Below, piece by piece: positions 44,355 through 56,508 of a DNA stretch of 64,000 bases. Where the stretch lies: assembly GCF_009914755.1 (NCBI RefSeq), contig NC_060929.1. One strand, 5' to 3'. The notes beneath the pieces were generated by a model that made no database searches, was not told the origin of the DNA, and was given only the letters and a program-made list of their open reading frames with translations. A program made the position numbers and the translations under genes. Source of the stretch: the human T2T-CHM13v2.0 reference genome, Homo sapiens. Within the stretch, counting starts at the first letter, position 1, and each line of letters starts with the position of its first letter.

Positions 44355-44911
44355 CGCGAGACCATTATTTTTGCAATTCACATTTTTATGAGTTTTGCAT
44401 ATAATATCTTACTTTAAATAGAAAATATGTTAAGGAATCAAAGAAGTTTACTGTAATTCTTAACTCATTATTTACTTAACTGTATAACTAATAATCTTTA
44501 GGAAAATTTCAAAGACTCAAAGGCTAATTCTATAATAGTAAATCATGAAGAAATGTTAAAAGCTGATAAATAATTCGGTGGCTAAAGATTTTGGGGAACC
44601 AAAAGCATTCCTCTGGATATGGGAGAAAAATTCATCAATATAATTATTATTATAATTTAAAGATAAGAAAAGTTTAGATTACACAATGTAACCAAGTTAT
44701 GCCAGTTGGTCTTACATATATATTTACACATCATATTAGAGGAAGTTAAATCAATTCATTTTATTACACTATACAAAATAAACTTCATATATAAAAGAAA
44801 AAACATCCCTCTATATATTTGTGCCTTATATGCAAATATGAAAATGTTTTGAATCTAGTGTTTGAAATATTTAAAATCGCAAATGTAAATGACCCCAAAA
44901 CCTAGGCCTCG

Positions 44912-44923
44912 TATCTATCATCC

Positions 44924-44966
<43 letters not shown>
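44912..44966. repeat. (TATC)n tetranucleotide STR
   Basis: Direct reading. Confidence 0.95.
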
Positions 44967-44967
<1 letters not shown>

Positions 44968-45456
44968 GGCATTAATTATCTCTCTATATAAACTTACAAT
45001 AAAATATTTGTATACAAAGATTACTTAGTCAGTATAAATGTTACTAATTTAAACGGTTTTCTACACACAGATAGTATAGAGAAGGGGAAATACTGCCTTT
45101 ATTCTTCTTTAACAAACAGCAACTTTGTGGCATGGTAATGTCAGAAAATATGTATCACAGCCTATTATGTTGTATAACATGTAAAAGCTTTCTCTCTCTC
45201 ACACACATTCTCTTTATCTGTATCTATGTATATCTATCTATCATCTGTCTTTCCATATGTCTGGAGTGGTTGATAGAATGGTAAAACCAACTAAAGTTTA
45301 AAGAAACAGAATCACTCTATGAACTAGAGGAAACAAAGAAAAGAGGTGAATAGTATGGGCTTTTTCCTGCCCTGTAGCCTAAGGCCTGTCTTTTGAGCAC
45401 TGTAGAAAAGAGACTGGAATATTTTGACTTGCTTCAGTGTGAGAATAAGTTAACGA

Positions 45457-46014
45457 AAGTTACAGAAAGTGAAAAACGAGTTTAGTCTTCACACCTCTAT
45501 ATGAATCTGGTTTTGACAGAGTCAACTGTTTTCTTCTGCCATAGGGCGATGACAGCCACTAATTTGAGGAGCAGGGGTAAACAGTGCCCTTGACATAAAT
45601 GTTTGTGCTGTGGGGGCCACTAATAAGAGAAGTAGGGGTGATGTTTTCAGACAGTGTCATGGAATTATAAGGGGTCCATTAATTCGATGTCCAGGAATTT
45701 AAATCATGCTTTGTTAGATATAAGTTTATTTTACTGTGAAATGCAAACTCTTTAAGGGCAGAGTCCATATCTAGTTTGTTCAACACTTTATACTTAAAAC
45801 CCAGCAGAGAATCTAGTGCAAAATCCTAAGAACTAACTTTCACAGAATGCTTAATGTAGACTAGACATAGTTCTCAGCACCTGACTAGTTTTTATTACTT
45901 AATCCTCATGATACATGTGGGATGTGGGCCTTGGCGTACATAGAAGTTGCTAATGACCACAAACCCGGTATGTGATAGAGCTGGACTAGGTCAAAGTCCA
46001 TTATAAATATATTT
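45457..46014 (+). repeat. Donor copy of a 558-bp inverted duplication
   Basis: Its reverse complement aligns without gaps to 62190-62747, with 17 mismatches by hand count. Confidence 0.96.
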
Positions 46015-47467
46015 GGTCAAGAATTTTCTTTATAAATACTTTACCAAACGGCCTATCTCTCTGGTGTTAGAAATACAATTGGATACATTATTGAATCCAC
46101 ACATAGTGAACCTCTGGGACATGAAGAATTCATTGACCGAGTTATTTTTGTTGTCTGTAAAAAATTACAAAGGGATTCCTGGTTGGGGGTCAAAGTGTTA
46201 GGAAGAGGACTGGATAGGTTTTTGAGAGTGAAGGTGGGGGAAATTTCCAGTCACTGAGAAAGGAAGCATCCCCAATCACCAAATTTACAAAACAAAAATT
46301 TGCCTAGGTGAAGACGAAAGCATGCACATGAAGCAAGTTGATAGAAAATATTTTATCAATAGTGTAATGATCACAAGAAAAAAAAAGTAGAAATAGAAAT
46401 GGAAAATACAAAACATTGTAATCAAAGTGTATCCCATTATCTTTAAATATATATCTTTGTATATCTTCCAGATTATATGTTCTGATTAGAATATGCTAGT
46501 GTATTTCAGATTTCATGAGTTTATTGGAGTCATTTTATTTTAACCGAAAATGGGTTGGGCATTTGGCACTAAAAATCCAATGTGAAATATGGCATATGAT
46601 TGTGACAGACAGAAACTGAAGCAGAGGGAAACAAGAAGGGAAGGAGTTGGTAAGAGAGAAGAAGAAGAAACAAATACTTTAAGAAATAAAAATGAATGGA
46701 AATAAGGGGCAGATAAATAGAGATCAACAGAAAATAACATTGTAAAGAAGAGTAGGGCAATAATAGAGAAATCTTATCTTATTCCATAAGACTCTATTTC
46801 TTCACAAAGCTAATACTTGCAGTTTTTAACTCTTTGATTTAAATGAAAATATCTTGTACTATCTGAAAATAATTTTAGAATTAAATCATTGTGTATTATT
46901 TATAGATGTATTCTTAATTCTTTGATTATGCATCAGATTTAACTGTTAATATATGGGATACACAAGGCATGACAGAGTTCCTAAATATTACTTGTTAGTT
47001 TTCCTATGTAAATTGGTTTATTTGGATACATAGGAGTAAAGAAAATCACACCTGCAATAATTATAATGTTAGTCTTTTATTTTCCTTTAAATAAGGTAGG
47101 AGAGTTACAATAAAAGATCAATACAAGTTTATGAGGTAAAATATATCTACTTTTTATTTAGACACATTTATATGGTTATATATAGTGATATATGTGATTA
47201 TATATAGTTTTATATATATACAGATATATATAGATATGTATGTATTAAAATGCAGGGGTTTTATCCCCTTATATTCTTATTTAGATTTAATTTAAATGAG
47301 AAGGACATTTGATTTAAAGTAATAAATAAGAAAGATACTAATTTACAGGAGTTACTCACGATTGAATAAATTAAAAGATTTCCAGACTAGATTTTGAATA
47401 ATAAATAATAAACATAACTACTTAACAGAGAAAAATAGTAAGGCATAAAATTGTCCAGCTATCTCTG

Positions 47468-47832
47468 TGATATGGTTTGGCTATGTTCCCACCCAAATCT
47501 TATCTTGAATTGTGACTCCCACAATTCCCATGTGTCACGGGAGGCCCTGATGGGAAGGTGATTGAATTATGGGGGAGGGTCTTTTCTGCATCTTTCTCCT
47601 GAGAGTGAATAAGTCCCAAGACATCTGATGGTTTTAAAAACAGGAGTTTCCCTGCACAAGCTCTCTTTCTTTGCCTGCTGCCATCCGTGTAAGACATGAT
47701 TTGCAACTCCTTGCCTTCTGCCATGATGATTGTGAGGCCTCCTCAGCCATGTGGAACTGTAATTCCATTAAATCTCCTTTTCTTCCCAGTCTCGGATATG
47801 ACTTTATCAACAGCATAAAACAGACTAATACA
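47468..47832 (+). mobile_element. THE1 solo LTR (MaLR)
   Basis: tgatatggtttggct...gactaataca; perfect 5-bp TSD ctctg. Confidence 0.92.
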
Positions 47833-48455
47833 CTCTGCATCTATTAACTTTTGTTTTTCTTTTTAAAATTAGGCTAGTAGTAACTTGGCCAAGTCAGTTT
47901 AATTCTTCTGGGCTCATGTTTTTGTATTTATTAAAATAGGCAATTAAACCAAATATAGTATCTTCTGCATATGCATATTGTATATAATATATTATACATT
48001 TATATTTAGGTAATGGAAGCACATACAAAGTTATAGGTGAACCAAAGTGGAAGCAAGTAATATAATGTTAGTATTAGTAATGAAGAATAACAATTGTCCT
48101 CTACAAATAGGATTAAAATTTATCTGTATTCTTAAATCTTTATTTTTTAGTTCCAAAAGCTGCAGCCAGAGCCATACATCTGCCTGCTACTATATCCTTG
48201 TCTCATTTTGTGGGAATTCTAGCCAGGTAGTGAATGCAACTGACAATGGCTCAAATCCTTGTATCTGCAACCTACACTGATCCGAAGTTGTACTGCTTAC
48301 ACTTTAAAGCTTATGTAAATGAAATATAGATTGCCTTACAGAAAGATAGTTTGTACAATATAAACTACAAAACATCTTTCATGCATAAACTTATATATTG
48401 TATATTTTATTATGAGTGATGGAACCAGTGAAGGATTCTAAAATATATACATATA

Positions 48456-48459
<4 letters not shown>

Positions 48460-48493
<34 letters not shown>
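48460..48493. repeat. (TG)n microsatellite
   Basis: Direct reading. Confidence 0.95.
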
Positions 48494-48494
<1 letters not shown>

Positions 48495-50329
48495 ATATTT
48501 CAGTTCTGATATTGTTACTCAACAAATATTAATAGAACCTAGTTGTATTAGTATTTCACATGAGACAAAATACATTTGAATTATGTATACAGGTGACAAA
48601 TAGTAATACACAGAGTAAAATATAATAGTCCATTAAGTATCAGAAAACAATGTAGGAGAAAATACAGGTTATGTGCGATTAAATATCAATAGTCTCTGAT
48701 AGGGAAATACTTGTTTTTTCAAAAAAGTGGGGTACTTCTTTGAAATACTTTGTGTATTCACATTTAAAATAATTATTCTTAAAGTTTCTCATATTCAAAT
48801 ATTTCCATTATCTTAATTATACTTTTTACTTTTCTAGGTATGTCAAATCTTTCTGGGGAAGGATAAGTGAAAGTTTTATATTGTAAGGTTTCAACATATC
48901 TGGTAAAATAATATGTACACAAGAGAAACAATAATATTTTACAAAAGGTACTAACAAAAACAGAATTACTTTAAAATAATCATCAATAGGAAATTGATGA
49001 GTGTAATTTTATATGTACCTTAATCTCACATATAAACCCATTAAAAAAAACATGGTATGTGTTTAAATTAGCGCACTGGTCGACCTATACAAACCAATCT
49101 AGTACTTTCCATGCAACTAAGATACTAAAAAATATAACAGGGAACATATCCACTCATTTTTTGTATTAGAGCTTTATGATTTCACAGGACTCCTGTCTAA
49201 TTTGATAAATTCCTTTTGTTTTATTAGAGTGAATACCTGAAAGTGCTATTTCAGTTCTATTTAACTGTGTTTTCCTCAATTAGATGACATTTCATTTGAG
49301 GTGAGAATAAATACGTTTTTAAAAATTCTTGGTTCTTCCTGCTAAATATCTCACATAGTTAACATTTTACATTAAACATTCAGTAAAGGTGGATAAGTTT
49401 GTTTCTCCTTCTATAGAAATTATTTTAGACTGAAACATATATTAGTTATAAGAATGTCAAAATCATACACTGAAAACTGGTTTTGAAATAGTATTCAACT
49501 AAATTGTATCAAATTTGGGAAATTGGCTGCAGATCTTGTAAATTAAGTTTATGTCAGTTATTTTAGAAATATTTTTATGATGTGAATCAGTTCTCATTGT
49601 CTCGTTAACAAACCTAAACCTTTTATATTAATAGAGTTAAATGTAGTCATACACATATAAAACTCCGCACAAGTGGTATCTAAAATGGTGGGCAGCCTTA
49701 AGAAGTGAAACAATTATTTTCAGTTTGCATAAGGCAATGTTCAGTGGTAGAATGTGCACAAAAATAACATAAAGAGACTTGCAATCTTGTCATGATGCTA
49801 CCAGGTTATTTGATCTTAATTCAGTTGCTTAATCTTTCTGAATCTTGAGTTTCTAATTAACAGAATAGGGATTTAAAGTTCTATTTCTCATGCCTACCAC
49901 ATAAGTTGGCTTTAATGATCAAATGAAAAAACACTTCAGTAGAAATTTGCCAAATGCAAGCATTGTTATTCAAAATAATGCAAGCAAAATTGTCCAAAAC
50001 TGCTGATACTATCTATTATTCTTTTGATTTCTGGCAAAAATACATTCCACTTGACTGCCATTTGAATGCCAGTTAGTAGAGTTGAGGGTATTGATTGAAA
50101 TAAAATGAATTAACTGCTATTGATAATCATATTTTATATAAATTACAACATAACAGGAGAATTAAGATATATAGAAATAAAAATAGAAGAGCTAGTTTAA
50201 GCTAAATAGTAGTTAACAGTTATAACTCTTATTCTGAAAGAGGCCACATATCATAACCACAAGTCAATAATAATTACCTGAGCAAACAAACAAATAAAAA
50301 GTAGTTTACATGGATTAGAATATACCTAC

Positions 50330-50624
50330 CGACTCCAGACATTTCAGGAACACTGGCAGTGTATAAGTCTTTTGTAAATTTTGGCTCATTGTCATTGATA
50401 TCATGTATTTTAATGATAAATTCCGATTCCGGTTCCACCTGCCGCCCAGTTTTTCTGTCTATAGCCTTGGCACGAAGAATGTACAGAGATTTTTCTTCTC
50501 TGTCTAGTTTCTTTGCAGCATGAATGTCTCCTGTATTTTCATCTATAACAAATAGACTGCCAGCCCCATCTCCTGTTAGTATGTATTTTAAATTTCCATC
50601 TCCTTTATCTTGGTCAGTGTGAAG
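50330..50624 (-). CDS. CDH9: Cadherin-9 coding exon 3 (EC1 and start of EC2; [10 protein letters not shown]...PEMSGV)
   Basis: ORF 50274..50684 has LDRE and DINDNEP cadherin motifs. Acceptor ctaaag|CTT, donor G|gtaggt; 295 nt. Protein recognised as CDH9. Confidence 0.97.
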
Positions 50625-51096
50625 CTTTAGAGAGGTAGAAAAGAAGAGTTCTGTAAATATATACATTATCATTACATAAAACATAATTTTGGCGCTATCA
50701 ATTCGTCTCCATATAACAGCTCTGCAATAATTATCTTAATGGTTATCTTGACTTTTGCTGTGAGAGGGAGTTAAATATTTCAGTTCTTATTACACTCAAA
50801 ATTTTTAACAGTCATATTTAGACATCATAATGGACTAGATTTAAAATAATGTGAAAATTAATATGTATCTGTCAAAACAAAGATATTTATGAATAAAATG
50901 TTACCAAGATTTAAACCTCCAGTGCATTACAAAAAAATCCATTAACCTACATCTTGAGTGTAAAAGATTAATTAATGTTGATTACATTTAAAATGACTAA
51001 GCTCTAAGATATGATTTGAGAGATTTCTGAAGGTATTATAATGACAAGTTCAGAATAGCTACCTTAATTTTTAACTGATTTTATTCTCCTTCAGTA

Positions 51097-51408
51097 CAGA
51101 GTATCCCCTTATCTGTGGGGGATACATTTTATAAGTGGATCCCTGAAACTGTGGAGTGTACCGAAACCTGTATATATTGTGTTTTTTCCTATATGTACCT
51201 TCCTATGACAAAGTTTAATTAATAAATTAGGCACAATAAGTGATAAGCAACAATAACTAATGATAAAATTGAGCAATTATAACCATATACCGTAACAAAA
51301 GTTATTTGAATGGTCTCTCTTTCTCTCTCTCTCAAAATATCTTGTTGTTATTTACTGTGGGTAATTAAAACCTCAGAAAGTGAAACCATGATTAAGGGGG
51401 AACTACTG
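51097..51408. mobile_element. TcMar-Tigger MITE (MER44-like)
   Basis: TA-flanked; TIR-like ends cag...ccccttatc and gattaaggggg...ctg. Confidence 0.75.
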
Positions 51409-51814
51409 TAGAACATTGATTGTAGATTCACGGGCTCTGTATTCAGAGAGACTAATCAGAGAGAGAAAGAGATTTGTAATTACTTATTTTCTATACGACT
51501 CTGAGAGAATAGTTCTTCAACCACGATGTTCTCATTTTTAGAAAATGTTTTATTTTTTATACCTTTTAGATTTCAAGTAATATAAAACTCACAGCCTGTC
51601 CTCTGGCCATATGAACTATGTCTTAGGAAAAAATAGGATTATGTTTTCATAAATTATCTTCTTTTCATTGATAAATGTCCATCTGTAAAAATAACTTCTT
51701 AATGTAGGAGGCTGATCATTGAATATTTACAACAAACAGACCATGTAATCCTAGGAATTACGAATTGAAAAACAACCTTAAAGATTTTACAATCCTAACA
51801 CGATTCTGAAAATA

Positions 51815-52123
51815 ATTTTTTAAAATTAATTGAAAACAGTAATTGTTTTATCATAAAATTATGACTACAGTATATTTTGATATATGCTTACATTATAAAA
51901 TTATTAAATCAAACTAATTAACAAATTCATCACCTCACATACTTATCTTTTTTTTTGTGGTGAGAACATTTACAAGGATGTGGATGCAGATGGGAGATAT
52001 TGATCAAGGAATGCAAAATTTTATTTATTCAGGAGTAATAATCTTCAGTGGTCTTTTGCCCTGCATGGTGACTATAATAAATAATAAACTATATATTTGA
52101 AATTATCAAGAAAGTAAATTTTA
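51815..52123. mobile_element. Old L1MA 3' end with an inverted 5' segment
   Basis: Minus-strand terminus 51815-51972 abuts plus-strand upstream 3' UTR sequence 51975-52123. Confidence 0.6.
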
Positions 52124-52189
52124 GATAAAAATGGAGTTTTAACTAGCTTACCCCTGTTATGTTGACTTACATCATATACTTTACAATTC

Positions 52190-53170
52190 CCATTTACATC
52201 CTGCCCTCACCTATTTCTTCAGCATTCCATTTTATCTTTGAATTATTTGACTATTTAAATTATGTTTTTAAATCATAGCCAAAATTAGAAATGTTTCACA
52301 TTTTACACCTCCTTTGCAAGCTCAGCATCAAAATAATTGTCACATGTAGCCTTCCCATCTCTGAAATATCTTCTCAAGACATCTGTCTCCATCTCTATGG
52401 CTACATCATGTATTTTCCTTCATCTTATCTTCTCTGGACCACCAGAGCAATCTTCTAATCATGCTGCCTCCACTCTTGCTCTACTCCAAGCAATTTTTCA
52501 TACTAAAGAGGGTGATTTTTCCACATCACAAATGTAGTCTTATTACAATCTAGATTAAACATCTTCAAGTCACAGCATTTAAGAACTGTAAACCTGAAGT
52601 CATAAAAACCAGAGTTAGCATCATGCACATTTTGGTGTTATATTGGCCTGTGGTTTGCTTGTTTGTTTTTAAATCTAAGTTTATTTTATTGAAAAAATAT
52701 AACTTTTTAAAACTTTACTTTTATTATTAATGTAATTGCTTGAATTCTATAACCTTATTTATACATCCAGGATAATCTGGCCCTGAATTCCAGAGGCATC
52801 TCTGCCTCTTTTCCCTCTTGCTATACATTCTATACATAGCAATTGTTTTGTTTTGCCTTTATGTCTCAGAAGGCCTGTTCTAGCTTTCAAGCCTGATGTT
52901 TGCATCTGTTTCCCTCACCTTTTTACACCTTTACCTTCTTTTTTGTATTTTCCTCTAACTAAGTATTTGTCATATTTCATTTTACAATTTCCTCCTTAGG
53001 GAGGCCTTTCCTGACTCACTAGATTAGGATGGATGAGCCTGCTCTTGACTTACATAGCACACTTCATTCCCTATCATGATATTCATCACATTTGATGTAA
53101 TTGTTTACCATGCCCACTAAACTGTAAAATACATAAGGGAAAGACTGATATTCTTCTATTAAGTCACTTA
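52190..53170 (+). mobile_element. L2 fragments
   Basis: Pyrimidine-rich L2 sequence (cctccttagggaggcctttcctgac, cactaaactgtaa). Confidence 0.55.
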
Positions 53171-53269
53171 ACATATATTTCTTGAAGACCATAAATATTT
53201 CCTCTTTTTAAAACTAACTTTTCACATAAAATCAGATCATAAATAAAACTTGCCTTTTTAACATAAGTT

Positions 53270-53660
53270 GAATGGATAGACTTGAATTTGAATGGCTAGA
53301 CTTAGTAAAGTGGATTGCACACCTCAGTATGGGTGACTAGTCTTTAAACAATCCCTTAAAGTCCTGAGTACAAAATAAAAAGCTGAGTAAGAGAGAATTT
53401 ACTCTCTTTGCCTATCTGCAAGCCAATGTATCAATCTTCTCCTGCCTTTGGACTCAGACTCGATGTGGAACTCAATACCATATATTCTCTAGCATCTCAG
53501 TATTTTGGACTCAGACTGAAACTATACCATGGTTCTCCTGGGTCTTCAGCTTGCCAACTGCAGCTCTTGGAACTTTCTGGCCTCCATAATCTTGAGATCC
53601 AATTCCTTATAATAAAATTACATATGTTTTATGTGTCTCTGGAGAATCCAGGCTAATAAA
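53270..53660 (+). mobile_element. MLT2 (ERVL) LTR
   Basis: gaatttgaatggctagacttagtaaag...gtctctggagaatccaggctaata. Confidence 0.7.
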
Positions 53661-55792
53661 ACATCTGAGTTTAACATCTTTTAAAAAATGGATTTGTGGA
53701 AGAGGAGGTGGAGGAAGGCAGCCAAGTTCAAGCCTACAGTGAAAATTCCTCCCACAGGAACATCAGATTGAACAACTATCCACAAAAAAGCTTTCATATG
53801 AATGAAAAATCAGGTGAGTGACCACAGTACCTGATTTTACCATCATATTAATAAAAGAGGCACTGAAAAAGGTAGAAAAGACAGTCTTGAATTGGCTGGA
53901 CCACTCTTCTCTCATCCCCTTGCACCAGCCACATGGTGAGGAGTGAATCTATGTGCTGGAGCAGGTGAATGTAGTGATTGTGAAACTTTGCATTGGAACT
54001 CAATGCTGCCCTGTCACAGTGGAAAGCAACTTAGGGTAGAAGTCAGCTGGCACCCATGGAGAAAGCATTTAGACTAACCCTGGCCAGAGAGGAATTGCCC
54101 ATCCCAGTGGTCAGAAGCCAAATGCCAGCAAGTCCTGCTACCATGGGCTAAAGGGTTCTGGGGCCTAAAATAAACTTGAAGGGCCATCTAGGCCACAAAA
54201 ATTGTAATTCTTGGACAAGTCCTGGTGCCTTGCTCGGCTCAGAGCCAGTGGACTTTCTGGGGATGTGACCTAGTGAGACACCAACTAGGGCAGCCAAATG
54301 TGTACTTGTGCCACCTCTCTCCCAACCACCAACAGCACAACTAGCACCTCTGGGAGGGATCTTTTCCTCTGCTTGAAAATAGGAGGTGGGAGGGGAAAGA
54401 GGATTTTGTCTTGCAACTTGGATACCAGCTCAGTCACAGTAGGATAGGGCAGGGTCCTGAGGCCCCCATTTCCAGACACACCCTGGGCCAGAAGGGAACC
54501 TACTATCCTTAAGGGAAGAATCCAATTCTGGCAGGACTCATCATCTGCTGACTAAAGGAGCCCCTGGACCCTGAATTATCAGCAGTGGTAGGCAAACAAC
54601 ACTTGCTGTGGGCCTTGGGTAAGACTCAGAGCTGTACTGGCTTCAGGTGTGATCAAGCACATTCCCAGCTGTGGTGGTCGTGGGAAGAGAATCCTGCTTG
54701 AGGGAAGCAGAGGGACTTTATCTTGCAGCTGGTGGACCAGCTTGGCCACAGTGGGGTAGAGCACCAAAAGTAATCCTGGGGTACCAATTATGGGCCTTGG
54801 CTCTTGAACAGCATTTCTGAACCTGCCTGGGGACAGAAGGAAGCCCACTTCCCTGAAGGGAGAGACCCAGGCCTGGCAGCTGACAAAAGAGCCCTTGGGC
54901 CTTGAGTGAACATTGGCGGTAGCTAGGCAGTACTTGTCATGGGCCTGAGGTGGTATGGTTACAGGGAAAGACTCTTCTGCTTGAGGAAAGGGGAGGGAAG
55001 ACTGAGGGATTTTTTCATGTGGTTTGGATGCCAGCTTAGCTTTAGTATAGTAGAGAACCCACACAGATTTATAAGGTTCCTGACTTCAGGTCTTGGATAT
55101 TGGGTGGCATCTCTGGACCCACCTAGGACCAGGGGAAACTCACTGCCCTGAAAGGAAGAATATAAGCCTGGCTAGATTCACTGTGTGTTGATTTTAGAGC
55201 ACTCCAAACTTGAGTGAACACAGACGGTAGCCAAGCAGTGGTTACTGTGGGCCTTGGGAGACACCCAGTGCAGTCCCAGTGGCGGGGGCCACAGGGGTGC
55301 TTGTGTCACCCCTACCCCAGCTGCAGGCAGCTCAGCGCAGGGAGACAGACTCTGTTTGCTTGAAGAAAAGTGGGAAAAGAAAGAAAGCAAGAGTCTTTGC
55401 CTGGTAATGCAGGTAATTCTCCCAGATCTCACTCAAGACCACCAAAGCAGTACCTCTATGAGTCTGCAAGAGCCACAGCATTAATTACTGAGCCTGGGAT
55501 TCTCTTATGCAGATATGGCTTCAGTGACAAAGACACCAAAGATTACAACACCCATGTTCCTTCAAATACTTGAGACGCCTTCCCAAGAAGGACGAGTCAA
55601 ACAAGCACAGACTGAAAAGACTACAATAAATATCAAACTCTTTAATGCTTTGTCACTGATGAACATCTTCAAGCATTCAGACTAGTGAGGAAAACATGAC
55701 TTCGTCAAATGAACTAAATAGGGCACCAGGTACTAATTCTGGAAAGACAGAGCTATCTGACCTTTCAAACAGAGGATTCATGATACCGTTTT

Positions 55793-56508
55793 TGTTAGAG
55801 TAGGCAGATAGCTAGACATGAGCAGGAGGGACAGCACCTGAGAAAAGAGAAGTCTGGAAAATCTCACATCCCAGAGACCACCTAAAATATGCATACCAGA
55901 TATGAGCAGAGAAGATGGGAAGTACCTATGCTGAAAGGAACACCCTTAAGATGCCCAGTAATTACTCACTCTGTAGTTAACCTGTCAGAATATAGCTTAT
56001 AAGGAAGAGAAGAGGGCAAAGGAGAAATTCCTAAGAGATACCAAGGCACGATAAGTATAGATTTGACCACTACTCAACCTTCCTGGGGTGACAGGAATAA
56101 GCAATGCAGCCATTGGGTAGAATTTGTATCCAACACTGGACCCACACATGCACACCAAGTAATAGTCACTGAGAATCCCACCATCCTGGGACGGGAACTA
56201 GGTAAGGACTAAAGCACAAGTGGAAAAACTGGACAAACAAAAAGGTGGAAACTTAAGACAGAAACAGAAACTTCAAGAAAATATCTGGCATCAATAAAAA
56301 CCAATGCAGAACTCTCGGGGCTGTTGCTGATTCATTCACTTTCGACAGCCTGCTCTGCCTCATCTTTGAGTGTACTGTCTCTCTAAATAAACTCTCTGCT
56401 CTCTACTTTTCTTCAGTAAATTCTCTATTTTTGCCTAAATGGTCTCTTTGCCGAATTCCTTCTTCCAAGTGAGTCTAAGAACCGAGGACTCCACACTTCC
56501 CGGTAACA
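55793..56508 (+). mobile_element. ERV1 MER4-group solo LTR (MER50-like), 716 bp, nested in L1
   Basis: TGTTA...TAACA termini, internal aataaa and 4-bp TSD tttt/tatt. The L1 sequence resumes across it. Confidence 0.8.

Noticed and set aside
54285-55573. Cluster of 64-161-aa ORFs in GC-richer DNA
   Set aside because: They lie in the repetitive L1MA 5' UTR and show no coding signature.
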